Below are positions 41,947 through 52,518 of a stretch of 64,000 nt of DNA, piece after piece. Each line of letters opens with the position of its first letter. Position 1 is the first letter of the stretch. Under the pieces are notes generated by a model. It was not told the DNA's origin, made no database searches, and saw only the letters and a program-made list of their open reading frames with translations. The stretch lies in assembly GCA_965215125.1 (NCBI GenBank), contig OZ244052.1, positions 2,112,001 to 2,176,000 of the forward strand. The letters run 5' to 3'. The stretch comes from an uncultured candidatus Porisulfidus sp. Lineage in GTDB: Bacteria; Pseudomonadota; Gammaproteobacteria; Poriferisulfidales; Oxydemutatoraceae. The translations under genes were made by a program, and so were the position numbers.

Positions 41947-42724
41947 TATTGCTCATGCCCAGCAAATGATAGCCCGAATCTACATGTATAATTTCACCGG
42001 TGATAGCCCGCGCCAGATCGGAACATAGAAAAGCACCTACATTTCCGACTTCTTCTATAGTAACATTCCTGCCTAGCGGAGCGTTCTTTTCTACATGATT
42101 TAGCATGTCGCGAAAACCGGATATACCCGAGGCTGCCAAAGTTTTTATAGGACCTGCCGAGATCGCATTGACGCGTATCCCGTCACTGCCGAGTCCCGCT
42201 GCCAGATAGCGCACCGCAGCTTCCAGGCTGGCTTTTGCCAGACCCATTACGTTATAGTTCGGCACAACTTTTTCTGCACCTAAGTAACTCAGTGTCAGCA
42301 TCGCCGCTTCGCCGCCTTGCATCATCGTCCTCGCCCGTTGTGCCAGCGCGACCAAACTGTAGCAACTGACTTCGTGGGCGATATTAAAGCCTTGTCTGGT
42401 ACTTTGCGCTATGAATTCGCCGGTTAATTCTTCACGCGGGGCATAAGCGATGGAATGTATCAATATATCCAAACGCTGCCATTTTTGTTTCAAGTGTTTG
42501 AATAACGAGTCTATTTCGGCATCGTTTTGAGCGTCGCACGGTAGTATCGTATCGGCGTTGCATGCGTCGGCAAGTTTCTCTACTCTGCTTTTTAGTTTTT
42601 CGTTCTGATAGCTCAATGCGATATGCGCACCTTCGCGTGCCAGACTTTGGGTAATTCCCCAGGCGATAGAATGTTTGGTGGCAACTCCCGTGACCAATGC
42701 GTATTTATTTGCTAAGATACCCAC
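41936..42724 (-). CDS. fabI: Enoyl-ACP reductase (NADH)
   Basis: SIAWGI, HSIAYAP, YLGAEKVVPNYNVMGLAKASLE, RVNAISAGPIKTLAA. The likely start is GTG 42724 (MGILANKYALVTG), which matches the usual FabI N-terminus. Confidence 0.97.
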   Translation of the reverse strand: MGILANKYALVTGVATKHSIAWGITQSLAREGAHIALSYQNEKLKSRVEKLADACNADTILPCDAQNDAEIDSLFKHLKQKWQRLDILIHSIAYAPREELTGEFIAQSTRQGFNIAHEVSCYSLVALAQRARTMMQGGEAAMLTLSYLGAEKVVPNYNVMGLAKASLEAAVRYLAAGLGSDGIRVNAISAGPIKTLAASGISGFRDMLNHVEKNAPLGRNVTIEEVGNVGAFLCSDLARAITGEIIHVDSGYHLLGMSNTAD

Positions 42725-42732
42725 TGATATAT

Positions 42733-42963
42733 CTAAGGCCCGGGATTGTAGACCGAATGGTCGTGAAACCACATTCTGGCCACTTCGCGTGCGGCCGGCA
42801 GGGTTTTGATCTCTTTATAAAATTCGTCGAGCAAATCATAATCGCCGTCGAATTTTCCGGCATAAACTCTAAAATCTATACGCCCGTCCCAGGCAATCAA
42901 TATATCGGTTTCCTTATCCAGAAAAATAATTGCACCTTTTTCTAAGATTTCGCTGATGTGCAT
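42733..42963 (-). CDS. Small hypothetical protein (76 aa)
   Basis: Exactly fills the gap between the symporter stop (42976) and the fabI start (42724) on the same strand; globular-protein-like composition. Confidence 0.65.
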   Translation of the reverse strand: MHISEILEKGAIIFLDKETDILIAWDGRIDFRVYAGKFDGDYDLLDEFYKEIKTLPAAREVARMWFHDHSVYNPGP

Positions 42964-42975
42964 TGCTTGTGTGCC

Positions 42976-44256
42976 TCAAACGCGAACCCCGGCTAGGGCT
43001 TCTCCTTCGCTCCTTGCAATGATACCGACTGCGGTAGAGTCGCTATAGACATTAACGCTAGTACGGCACATATCCAGTATTCGATCTACCGCAAGAATTA
43101 ATGCAATACCCTCTGCGGGCAAACCGACCACTCCCATGATTAGAACAATTGCGACTAGGCTTGCAGCGGGTACCCCGGCAACACCTATAGAAGTCAATAA
43201 TGCCAGCAGTACGATCGTGAATTGCGTTGCGATACTCAAATCCACTCCGTATAGCTGAGCGATGAAAATAACTGCAACACATTCGTAGAGTGCGGTTCCG
43301 TCCATGTTGATGGTGGCACCTAAAGGCATCACAAAACTTGTGACTTTTTTGGAAGCACCTACTCGATTTTGCGCACAATTCATGGTGAGCGGCAATGTCG
43401 ACGACGACGATGCCGTTGAAAAAGCCATCAGCACGGCGGGCATCATAGCCTTCAAATATAAGAACGGATTGACACGTGCGACAAGATAAAGCATCAGCGG
43501 CAAAATTATAAGAAAATGTATTGCCAGCCCGCCCAATACCGTTAGGAAAAATTGTAGTAATACCAAAAAGACTTCAAGGCCCGAGGTCATGATGACTTTG
43601 CCGACCAGAGCAAAAACCCCGTAAGGAGAGAATTTGATAACCCACAGGGTAATTTTCATCATTGTTTCATTAAAAGCACTCCAAAAATTCATCATAGAAC
43701 GTTTCAACGGTTTATTTATTCTAGTTATAAAAAAGCCGAATATCGCAGCAAAAAAGATTATGCCCAAGAGTTGTCCTTCGGAGGCAGCCATGATGATATT
43801 ACTCGGTATCATGCGCAAAAAGACACCGAATAAGCTCGATGTATCGTGCCCTTGCAATTTGCTCATTACATCCGAATGGTCGGCGGATAGGGCACCGAGT
43901 TTGTTCAAGCCGTCTTCTATGATGCCGGGTTGGAACAGGTTGACTAGAATCAATCCTACCAGTATCGATAGGGTACTGGTGACCAAGTAATAGATTATCG
44001 TTTTGGCTCCCATGCGTGCAAAGCCGTGTTCGGCTGCAATACTTGAAACTCCGACTATGATAGATGAGAAGACCAGTGGTACGACAATCATTTTTAAGGC
44101 GTTCAGGAATAGTTTTCCGAAAAAATCCAATACATCGTATATTACGATACCGAATAATTCGGTTTGTGGGGTAGTCCAAGCACCGAGTGCGGCGGCAAGA
44201 AATAAAGCTATGAATATCTGTGTATGCAGTGGTATTCTACCCGTGCTACTATTCAT
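42976..44256 (-). CDS. Dicarboxylate/amino acid:cation symporter (DAACS, GltP/GltT-like)
   Basis: FLNALKMIVVPLVFSSI, AFSTASSSSTLP, PLGATINMDGTALY, SIGVAGVP, VDRILDMCRTSVNV. Confidence 0.95.
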   Translation of the reverse strand: MNSSTGRIPLHTQIFIALFLAAALGAWTTPQTELFGIVIYDVLDFFGKLFLNALKMIVVPLVFSSIIVGVSSIAAEHGFARMGAKTIIYYLVTSTLSILVGLILVNLFQPGIIEDGLNKLGALSADHSDVMSKLQGHDTSSLFGVFLRMIPSNIIMAASEGQLLGIIFFAAIFGFFITRINKPLKRSMMNFWSAFNETMMKITLWVIKFSPYGVFALVGKVIMTSGLEVFLVLLQFFLTVLGGLAIHFLIILPLMLYLVARVNPFLYLKAMMPAVLMAFSTASSSSTLPLTMNCAQNRVGASKKVTSFVMPLGATINMDGTALYECVAVIFIAQLYGVDLSIATQFTIVLLALLTSIGVAGVPAASLVAIVLIMGVVGLPAEGIALILAVDRILDMCRTSVNVYSDSTAVGIIARSEGEALAGVRV

Positions 44257-46138
44257 CCTCTTTATCTAAATCTAGGTTAATTTTTATTTCGTAGAAATCT
44301 CTTAGACTATCCAACACGGCTACCGATTCACGGTTTTCTAAGGAATACACGACAAAAGTCTTCGAGGTTTCTACACCTGCATCAATATCGAGTAATTCTA
44401 TGATAGCATTCGCGTTGTTATAGTTTTCGTCCAGCTGTAGTATTTGATAGATCGGTGGTTCATTAAGTGGTGGAATTTTATAGACTAACTCTACGATAGG
44501 GCGAGGGATGGAGGTCTCGGTTCGCGCGATATAACCGGGGTCTTCAATCGGCCATCGGTTCTGCGCTGCGATATCATCTAGACTTGTGCCGCCGGCTTTT
44601 ATCTCTTCCAGCCACGCTTCGTTGGTTGCTTGGACTTTCTGGTATGCTTGTCGGAGTATCAGATCGGTGACGATGTCTTGCATAGCTTCTTCAAACGATA
44701 ATTGACGCGACGGTTCGGAACCGGTGATACCTACGAAAAAAAATCTCTTTCCGGTTTCTACTTCGATTAAGCCGGTATTCGTTTTCCCGCCTTGTATTAT
44801 TTCTGAAATTACTGCATTCTTGACTCTGGGATCTGCCAAAATGCTTTCTTGTTTATCGAGGTCTAAAAATCCGGTACTTTGCTTGGTATATCCGTAATTA
44901 TCCCTGACTGCATCAAAAAACCCGATTTCATCTTCGAATAAGAGCAGGTCGAGGTTTTCAATTAATCCGGCATAACGAATTTCCGCCATACGGCGTTTCA
45001 TATCGCCGATTAACTCCTCACGGACTACTTCAAAGGGTTTTTGTTCGGCTTCGGTGAGATCTATTAGCTGAAAAATTTGTATACCGTATTGGGTGCGTAT
45101 CGGGCGGGTGTATTCTCCTTGTGCTAGTTGCAATACCGCACTTCTAACATCTTCGTTTTCTAGTTCTTCGGCAGTGAGCTCGGGGAGTTCACCTCCGCTT
45201 TCCGAAGTCAAGTCGTCGTCCGAGTGGTTGCGGGCGAGTTCGGAAAAGTCCGCACCTTCTTGAAGTTGTAGATAGATATCTTCGGCTTCTTCCAGTGCCT
45301 CGGTCGTACTGCGATCTTCGGTTGATATTAAAATGTGACGCAAATTGAATTTTTCGGGATACAGATAATCGTCGGAACGTTGCTCGTAATATTTTCTCGC
45401 TTCTTCATCTCCGACTGTTTGCCGTGCTTCTATTTTCGCTACATCAATTTCCAAATAATCAAATCTTGCTTTGTACGGCGATTGGTATAAGGTTTTGTTC
45501 TCTTCGTAATAAGCCTGCGCTTGTTCGGTGCTGATGCTATCGGGTTCTATAAAATAACTATAGCTAACCGGCAGATAGCGTATTTTTCTTTTTTGATCCG
45601 AGAGATGGACATAGCGTTTGCGTTCGCTCGGTAAAATGAAACTTGAGTTTTGTATTGCCGATATAAACTGCTCTTCTTTTAATACTTCTTTTTGTGCTTG
45701 CTCGAAAAGAACGGGTGTAAATCCGCTTCTAGTAAGTAGATCTCTGTAGGTTTCTGCGTCAAAGCGTTGGTTTTTCTTAAATTCCGGTCTGTTTCTAATA
45801 AATTCCGCAAGTTTCAAGTCGGTTGTCTGCAGACCATATTTATCGATCGCTATATTGAGAAGCTGTTCGCTGACTAATTCGCCTATCACCTCGGTTTTAA
45901 TTTCTTTCTCGGTGAATTGATGGTTGATTTGAGCCTGTTCCAACATTCTTTTTTTGTTGATTAAGGCTTGTTCTACTTGGAACTCGGTAATCTCTCGATT
46001 GTCAATCTCAATGGCAACAGGGGAGCTATCCAGCCCGAAGTATTGTTGTATGCCCCACAAAGCGAAGGGGATAGATATCACTATGACGATTGCATAAGCT
46101 ATCCAGCCCGTTGCTTTATCTCTAATCTTTATAAGCAT
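44249..46138 (-). CDS. ppiD: Periplasmic chaperone / parvulin PPIase D
   Basis: N-terminal anchor (KATGWIAYAIVIVISIPFALWGI), SurA-N-like region, parvulin motif RHILI...GADFSELARNHSDD..SGGEL; canonical position downstream of hupB. Confidence 0.9.
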   Translation of the reverse strand: MLIKIRDKATGWIAYAIVIVISIPFALWGIQQYFGLDSSPVAIEIDNREITEFQVEQALINKKRMLEQAQINHQFTEKEIKTEVIGELVSEQLLNIAIDKYGLQTTDLKLAEFIRNRPEFKKNQRFDAETYRDLLTRSGFTPVLFEQAQKEVLKEEQFISAIQNSSFILPSERKRYVHLSDQKRKIRYLPVSYSYFIEPDSISTEQAQAYYEENKTLYQSPYKARFDYLEIDVAKIEARQTVGDEEARKYYEQRSDDYLYPEKFNLRHILISTEDRSTTEALEEAEDIYLQLQEGADFSELARNHSDDDLTSESGGELPELTAEELENEDVRSAVLQLAQGEYTRPIRTQYGIQIFQLIDLTEAEQKPFEVVREELIGDMKRRMAEIRYAGLIENLDLLLFEDEIGFFDAVRDNYGYTKQSTGFLDLDKQESILADPRVKNAVISEIIQGGKTNTGLIEVETGKRFFFVGITGSEPSRQLSFEEAMQDIVTDLILRQAYQKVQATNEAWLEEIKAGGTSLDDIAAQNRWPIEDPGYIARTETSIPRPIVELVYKIPPLNEPPIYQILQLDENYNNANAIIELLDIDAGVETSKTFVVYSLENRESVAVLDSLRDFYEIKINLDLDKEDE

Positions 46139-46174
46139 TATTCTCTAACAATGATCTGATTTTTTGTTCAAAGG

Positions 46175-46251
46175 TGGCGGAGTGGACGGGATTCGAACCC
46201 GCGACCCCCGGCGTGACAGGCCGGTATTCTAACCAGCTGAACTACCACTCC
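46175..46251 (-). tRNA. tRNA-Asp(GTC)
   Basis: The reverse complement GGAGTGGTAGTTCAGCTGGTTAGAATACCGGCCTGTCACGCCGGGGGTCGCGGGTTCGAATCCCGTCCACTCCGCCA folds as a cloverleaf with anticodon GTC and a CCA end. Confidence 0.97.
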
Positions 46252-46363
46252 TACAAATGCTAACCGTTGTTTCCGTATGCTTATGATAATGAATATCAAA
46301 GCAAATACCTTGTACCTCAATATCCATATCATAGCGCGTCCCTAGCTTCCCGTTCCGCTCGTT

Positions 46364-46438
<75 letters not shown>

Positions 46439-46451
46439 TTTAGTCGGATAA

Positions 46452-46721
46452 TTAGTTCAAGGCGTCTTTTAGTGCTTTACCTGCCTTAAACGAGGGTCTT
46501 TTGCTTGCGCTAATCTGAATACTCTCACCGGTTCTGGGGTTGCGTCCCATGCGAGCTTTGCTTTCGCGAACCATAAAAGTTCCAAATCCTACGATGGTTA
46601 CAGATTGACCATTTTTTAGACTTCCAGTTATTGCAGATATTGTTGCATCTAGGGCTTTAGTTGCATCGGATTTTGATAGTCCGGCACCGGCGATTGCTTC
46701 AACAAGTTCAGATTTATTCAT
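46452..46721 (-). CDS. hupB: DNA-binding protein HU
   Basis: [11 protein letters not shown]...GFGTF.VR...[14 protein letters not shown]...[11 protein letters not shown]; located downstream of lon. Confidence 0.96.
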   Translation of the reverse strand: MNKSELVEAIAGAGLSKSDATKALDATISAITGSLKNGQSVTIVGFGTFMVRESKARMGRNPRTGESIQISASKRPSFKAGKALKDALN

Positions 46722-46882
46722 TTTTGCTTAATCTCCTTATGTGATGGTTTAAATATAGTTAAAAAACGAACCCTAATTTACTTGAAGCAAAAGAGGGTTC
46801 TACGAATTATTAAGTAGCAATTTTAACAACAAAAACTTAAAAAAGTAAGGGAAATATCACAAAATTTTATAAATTTACTTGC

Positions 46883-49324
46883 TTAGTGGCTTTGAATTCC
46901 GCTCGTTTTGCCCGTTTTATTGGATATTTCTTTATCAGCGGGGATTTTTCCCGTTATTTTGTCTTTGTATTCTATCGGTATCGGGGTGTCGGTCAATGCT
47001 ATTTTTAATACCTCGTCAATCCATTGCACGGGTCGTATATCGAGTTTGCCGATGATATTTTCAGGTATTTCTTTTAAGTCTTTGCCATTTTCTTTAGGGA
47101 TAAGGACGGTCTTGATGTGTGCCCTTTGAGCAGCCAGAAGTTTTTCTTTTAAGCCTCCGATTGCCAGCACTTCGCCGCGCAATGTAATCTCGCCGGTCAT
47201 CGCTACATTTGCACGCACCGGTATTTTTGTAATTGCCGATATAATTGCAGTACAGACCGTGATACCTGCGCTGGGCCCGTCTTTGGGGGTGGCACCTTCG
47301 GGTATGTGGACATGTACATCGTGGTTTTCATGAAAGTCGGCTGCGATACCCAAAATCTCGCCGCGGCTTCGAACGATAGCCATCGCAGCTTGTACCGATT
47401 CTTTCATAACATCGCCGAGTTGACCGGTATGTGATAAGTGTCCTTTGCCCGACATAGTCGTACTTTCTACGGTCAGCAATTCACCTCCGGATTCTGTCCA
47501 CGCCAGCCCGTTGACTTGCCCGATACGATTTTCCTCATCGGCAACCCCGTAGCGGAACTTTCTCACACCTAAATAACGTTCAAGAGAACTCGGACTTACT
47601 TTTATCGGTTTTTTGGCTTTGTCTTTGCTCAAAACCAGATTTTTGACAACTTTGCGAGAGACTTTCATGATCTCTCGCTCGAGGTTGCGTACCCCGGCCT
47701 CGCGTGTGTAATAGCGTATGGTATCCAATACGGCATTTTGAGAGATTTGTATTTCTTTTGTGACCAGCCCGTTTGCTTTCATTGCCTTGGGCATTAGATA
47801 TTGCATCGCAATATTAAGCTTTTCGTCTTCGGTATAACCGGGGATTCTAATGACTTCCATACGATCTAATAACGCCGGCGGTATGTGCAGGCTATTCGCA
47901 GTGCAAACGAACATTACATCGGATAGGTCAAACTCAACTTCTAGATAATGATCCGTGAATGTAGAGTTTTGCTCGCTATCCAATACTTCGAGCAGAGCCG
48001 ATGCCGGGTCGCCTCTAAAGTCGGTTGACATTTTATCTATCTCATCTAATAAAAATAGCGGATTGCGTACGCCGATTTTCGATAGATTTTGGACGAACTT
48101 TCCGGGTTGGGCACCGATATAGGTTCTACGATGCCCGCGTATTTCGGCTTCGTCTCGGACACCGCCGAGTGCCATACGCGTAAATTTACGTCCGGTTGCG
48201 TTTGCAATCGATTTACCCAGTGAAGTTTTACCGACACCCGGCGGACCGACTAAACAAAGTATCGTGCCCTTGATTTTTTTGGTTCTCAGTTGAACCGCAA
48301 GATATTCTATAATGCGTTCTTTAACTTTCTCTAGACCGTAATGATCCTCCTCTAGGATCTTCGAAGCATCCTCCAGGCTTCTTTTGGTTCTCGATTTTTT
48401 GGTCCAAGGCATGCTTATTAACCAATCCAGATAATTACGCACTACTGCAGCTTCCGAAGACATCGGTGCCATCATATTCAGCCTACTGAGTTCTACGAGT
48501 GCCTTCTTTTCGGTATCGGCAGGCATCTGCGCTTTGGTAATTTTTTCCCGATAATTTTGTGCCTCGCTTGCAACTTCGTCTATGTCGCCGAGTTCTTTTT
48601 GTATCGCTTTCATCTGCTCGTTTAGATAGTACTCTCGTTGGCTTTTTTCCATTTGTTGTTGTACTCGACCGCGAATCCGTTTCTCCACCTTAAGGATATC
48701 GAGCTCTTCTTCTAGTAAAGCCATCAAACATTCCAGACGCTCGTATATATCGTTGATTTCCAGAATCTTTTGTTTGCTCTCTATACTCAAAGTGGTATGG
48801 GCGGCGATTGTATATGCCAACTTGTTCAAGGTTTCGGTGGTCGTGAGTGTCTGCAATACTTCGTCGGGTATTTTTTTATTAAACTTGACATATTGACTGA
48901 ATTGATTTAGAACCAGACGAGCGAGTGTTTCAATTTTTTTTGAATCATATTTGGATGTGGTTTCCAAAATATCCATTTCGGCACCTATAAACTTTTTGTC
49001 TTTGGTGTATTTAACAACGCGAGCGCGCTCGGTTCCTTCCACCAACAATTTGATCGTATCGTCGGGCAGTTTGAGTAGTTGTAAAATATTTGCCATCGTT
49101 CCGACCGTGTAGATGTCTTTGGATGAAGGCTTGTCGGTGTCGGCGTCTTTCTGGGCTATTAGCATAATCTGCTTGTTGCATTGCATCGAGAATTCAATCG
49201 CACTGATTGATTTCTTCCTCCCTATGAATAGGGGAATAACCATGTGTGGATAAACAACCACGTCGCGCAACGGCAGAACGGGTAATATCAAATCGCTATC
49301 TTTATGTTTTGTATGAGTTGCCAT
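46883..49324 (-). CDS. lon: ATP-dependent protease La
   Basis: [30 protein letters not shown], catalytic [19 protein letters not shown]. Confidence 0.98.
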   Translation of the reverse strand: MATHTKHKDSDLILPVLPLRDVVVYPHMVIPLFIGRKKSISAIEFSMQCNKQIMLIAQKDADTDKPSSKDIYTVGTMANILQLLKLPDDTIKLLVEGTERARVVKYTKDKKFIGAEMDILETTSKYDSKKIETLARLVLNQFSQYVKFNKKIPDEVLQTLTTTETLNKLAYTIAAHTTLSIESKQKILEINDIYERLECLMALLEEELDILKVEKRIRGRVQQQMEKSQREYYLNEQMKAIQKELGDIDEVASEAQNYREKITKAQMPADTEKKALVELSRLNMMAPMSSEAAVVRNYLDWLISMPWTKKSRTKRSLEDASKILEEDHYGLEKVKERIIEYLAVQLRTKKIKGTILCLVGPPGVGKTSLGKSIANATGRKFTRMALGGVRDEAEIRGHRRTYIGAQPGKFVQNLSKIGVRNPLFLLDEIDKMSTDFRGDPASALLEVLDSEQNSTFTDHYLEVEFDLSDVMFVCTANSLHIPPALLDRMEVIRIPGYTEDEKLNIAMQYLMPKAMKANGLVTKEIQISQNAVLDTIRYYTREAGVRNLEREIMKVSRKVVKNLVLSKDKAKKPIKVSPSSLERYLGVRKFRYGVADEENRIGQVNGLAWTESGGELLTVESTTMSGKGHLSHTGQLGDVMKESVQAAMAIVRSRGEILGIAADFHENHDVHVHIPEGATPKDGPSAGITVCTAIISAITKIPVRANVAMTGEITLRGEVLAIGGLKEKLLAAQRAHIKTVLIPKENGKDLKEIPENIIGKLDIRPVQWIDEVLKIALTDTPIPIEYKDKITGKIPADKEISNKTGKTSGIQSH

Positions 49325-49381
49325 AATATACTCCGGTGTTCTCTTCTACTATTAGGGTGTAATCGTCATATTTCAAGTGAT

Positions 49382-50659
49382 TTATCCGGCCTTCTCGTAT
49401 TTTTGCCGTGATGAATCTTTATATATCAGTATCGGCGGGCTATTCCCTGCTACAACTTTCTCGTCAATGATAACTTTTGCTACATTATCCATAGAAGGTA
49501 AATCGTACATAGTATCCAATAATAGCGACTCTATGATATTGCGCAAACCGCGTGCGCCGGTGTGTTTCGCTATTGCCTTTTCGGCGATTGCACGCAATGC
49601 CTGAGGTTGAAATTCCAACTTGATATCCTCCATATTGAATAAGTATTGATATTGCTTGGTTAGCGCATTGCGAGGTTCGGTTAATATGCGAACCAGGGTC
49701 TCTTTATCCAATTCGTCCAATACCGAAAACACTGCGAGCCGACCGACGAATTCGGGTATCAAACCATAAGAGATTAAATCCTTAGATTCAACTTGGGCTA
49801 AGAGATGCGCAAGTGTTTCGGTGTCTTGAGGTTTACGAATGTCTGCCGAGAAACCGATGCTACTTTTGTCGGTACGTTGCTGTATCACTCGATCCAATCC
49901 GGCAAATGCGCCGCCACAGATAAACAATATATTCTGTGTATTGATTTGTATAAGCTCTTGTTGAGGGTGTTTGCGCCCGCCGTGTGGTGGTATTCCGGCG
50001 ATAGTGCCTTCTATTAGTTTGAGTAAGGCTTGCTGCACGCCTTCGCCCGAGACATCCCGAGTAATCGAGGGATTATCGGACTTGCGAGAGATTTTATCTA
50101 TTTCGTCTATATAAATGATTCCTTGCTGTGCTCTCCCGATATCGTGATCGCACGATTGCAACAGCCTGTAGATGATGTTTTCTACATCTTCTCCGACATA
50201 ACCCGCCTCGGTCAGAGTCGTTGCATCGGTAATAGCGAAGGGCACATTCAATATCCGCGCAAGCGTTTGGGCAAGTAGAGTTTTGCCACAACCGGTAGGA
50301 CCGATTAGCAGAATGTTACTTTTGGAAATTTCTACATCGTTATCGGTGTTTTTCTGTCGTAGACGTTTGTAGTGGTTATAAACCGCAACCGATAAAACTT
50401 TTTTTGCATAGTCTTGACCGATGACATATTGATCCAGGGTGTTCTTAATTTCTTGGGGTTTAGGAATTTTTTCGGTGTCACGAAAAGGAATGTTTTTTTC
50501 CTCCGTCAATAAGTCGTTGCATAACTCTATGCATTCGTTGCAGATATAAATTGATGGACCGGCTATGAGCCGATCTACCTCTCGCTGACTTTTGCCACAG
50601 AAAGAACAATGTATAGACTTGCTTCGGGAGTTACTACTTTTTTTAACATGTCTAGCCAT
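49382..50659 (-). CDS. clpX: ATP-dependent Clp protease ATP-binding subunit ClpX
   Basis: Zn-finger CSFCGK...[25 protein letters not shown] and the IGF loop. Likely start ATG 50659 (the ORF extends to 50725). Confidence 0.97.
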   Translation of the reverse strand: MARHVKKSSNSRSKSIHCSFCGKSQREVDRLIAGPSIYICNECIELCNDLLTEEKNIPFRDTEKIPKPQEIKNTLDQYVIGQDYAKKVLSVAVYNHYKRLRQKNTDNDVEISKSNILLIGPTGCGKTLLAQTLARILNVPFAITDATTLTEAGYVGEDVENIIYRLLQSCDHDIGRAQQGIIYIDEIDKISRKSDNPSITRDVSGEGVQQALLKLIEGTIAGIPPHGGRKHPQQELIQINTQNILFICGGAFAGLDRVIQQRTDKSSIGFSADIRKPQDTETLAHLLAQVESKDLISYGLIPEFVGRLAVFSVLDELDKETLVRILTEPRNALTKQYQYLFNMEDIKLEFQPQALRAIAEKAIAKHTGARGLRNIIESLLLDTMYDLPSMDNVAKVIIDEKVVAGNSPPILIYKDSSRQKYEKAG

Positions 50660-50810
50660 AACAAGGTTTATTATATTCATCGGTTGTGATATGGCAATAT
50701 GTATTCGCACACGCCGTAATTTCATTATAATGCGGAAATATGTTATACTTCATCACTCATTAACTTATTAGGAGATTATATATGCATAGTATTGCTAAAC
50801 GGGTTTTTGT

Positions 50811-51593
50811 ATGCCCGAACTAACCATCAAGCAGCTCTTTGATGCGGGCGCACACTTGGGGCATCGGCCGCGTTTTTGGAATCCGAAATTCGCCCCATAT
50901 CTATACGGAAAACACAACGGTATTCACATCATCAATTTAGATAAAACTTTGCCGATGTTCAAAGAGGCACTGAAATTTATCTCCGAAATGGTATCCAAAG
51001 GCGGCAAAATACTTTTTGTAGGTACCAAAAGGGCGGCATCCGATTCTGTAGAGCAAGAAGCAAACCGATGCGGTATGCCTTATGTACACGTACATTGGTT
51101 GGGTGGATTTTTAACCAATTACAAGACCGTTCAAAATTCAATCAAGGAATTTAATAAACTCAAAGTACAAATAGAAAACAACGCCTTCAGTGGTTTGAAT
51201 AAAAAAGAAAGCCGACAAATCCAGCGCAAATTTGAAAAATCAAGCCGTGATTTTGAAGGCATCTGCAATTTGACTTCACCCCCCGATGCCTTGTTCGTTA
51301 TCGACATCGCTTATGAGGAAATTGCCATAAAAGAAGCGAGAAAATTAAATATCCCGATTGTCGCAATCGTCGATACCAACAATACGACCGAAGGCATAGA
51401 TTATCCCATTCCGGCCAACGACGATGCAATGAGTTCGATCAGACTGTATACTCGGCTGGTTGCCGATACCGTATTGGAAGGCATTGCAAAAGCCGAGGAG
51501 GCGGCTGCGGAAGAGGCTGCATCACCGTTATTCATAAAAGGCGATGCCGTCGTCGTAGAGGAAGAAAGCGTAGCAATTGCGCAAACCGAATAA
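50811..51593 (+). CDS. rpsB: 30S ribosomal protein S2
   Basis: AGAHLGH..RFWNPK, ILFVGTK, WLGG.LTN, PDALFVID, IVDTN, IPANDDA. Confidence 0.97.
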   Translation: MPELTIKQLFDAGAHLGHRPRFWNPKFAPYLYGKHNGIHIINLDKTLPMFKEALKFISEMVSKGGKILFVGTKRAASDSVEQEANRCGMPYVHVHWLGGFLTNYKTVQNSIKEFNKLKVQIENNAFSGLNKKESRQIQRKFEKSSRDFEGICNLTSPPDALFVIDIAYEEIAIKEARKLNIPIVAIVDTNNTTEGIDYPIPANDDAMSSIRLYTRLVADTVLEGIAKAEEAAAEEAASPLFIKGDAVVVEEESVAIAQTE

Positions 51594-51609
51594 GGCGGTA
51601 TAAAGTCTT

Positions 51610-52488
51610 ATGAATGTTACAGCTGTGATGATCAAGCAACTGCGAGAAGCGACCGGTGCCGGTATGATGGAATGTAAAAGGGCTCTGGTGGAAGCCGAAG
51701 GCGATAGCGATGTTGCAATCGAGATACTGCGTAAATCGGGTCAGGCTAAAGCAGCCAAAAAATCGTCTAGGGTTGCAGCAGAAGGCTTGATCGTTATTCG
51801 CACTTCTCCCGACCACGAAACGGCAACATTGTTGGAAGTTAACTGCGAGACCGATTTTGTTGCCAAAGATAAACAGTTTAGTGAATTTTGTGGCATTGTT
51901 GCAGATGCCACCCTGAATACTTCGGTCAACACGATAGCGGACTTGGAGGATTTCACCGACGCAACGGCGAAGATAAAAGATTTGTGCTTATCGCTGACTG
52001 CGAAACTCGGTGAGAATATAAAAATCAGACGTTTTGATAAGCTAAACCGGCAAGGTGATATACTGGCGAGTTATAATCACGGCAATCGCATCGGCGTGCT
52101 GGTTGATATGGAGGGCGGTGATGCCGAAGTTGCTAAAGATATTGCAATGCATATTGCAGCCGGCAAACCACTTTGCATAAACGAGCAACAAGTGCCGTCC
52201 GAACTGCTTGCTAAGGAGCGGGAGATTTTAACCGAACAAACCAAACAAAGCGGTAAACCCGACCATCTAATAGATAAAATCGTAGCAGGAAAATTACAGA
52301 AATATCTAAACGAGATAACACTTTTAGGACAAGCTTTTGTTAAAGATGTGGATCAAACGGTTGCGCAAAAACTTAAAGCCCATTCGGCTTCTATTCAAGG
52401 TTTTTTGCGTTATGAGATTGGTGAAGGCATAGAACGTCAACAGGAAAATTTTGCCGAAGAAGTAATGGCACAAGTTAATCAAGGTTAA
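51610..52488 (+). CDS. tsf: Elongation factor Ts
   Basis: LREATGAGMMECKRAL, EVNCETDFVA, GENIKIRR, IAMHIAA, FAEEV. Confidence 0.98.
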   Translation: MNVTAVMIKQLREATGAGMMECKRALVEAEGDSDVAIEILRKSGQAKAAKKSSRVAAEGLIVIRTSPDHETATLLEVNCETDFVAKDKQFSEFCGIVADATLNTSVNTIADLEDFTDATAKIKDLCLSLTAKLGENIKIRRFDKLNRQGDILASYNHGNRIGVLVDMEGGDAEVAKDIAMHIAAGKPLCINEQQVPSELLAKEREILTEQTKQSGKPDHLIDKIVAGKLQKYLNEITLLGQAFVKDVDQTVAQKLKAHSASIQGFLRYEIGEGIERQQENFAEEVMAQVNQG

Positions 52489-52518
52489 GATTCGCTATAC
52501 ACATAGTGATAAACCATC

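Noticed and set aside
50660-50725. N-terminal extension of ClpX from the ORF track (MKLRRVRIH...)
   Set aside because: ATG 50659 gives the normal distance to the CSFC zinc finger; the extension would occupy the divergent promoter region.
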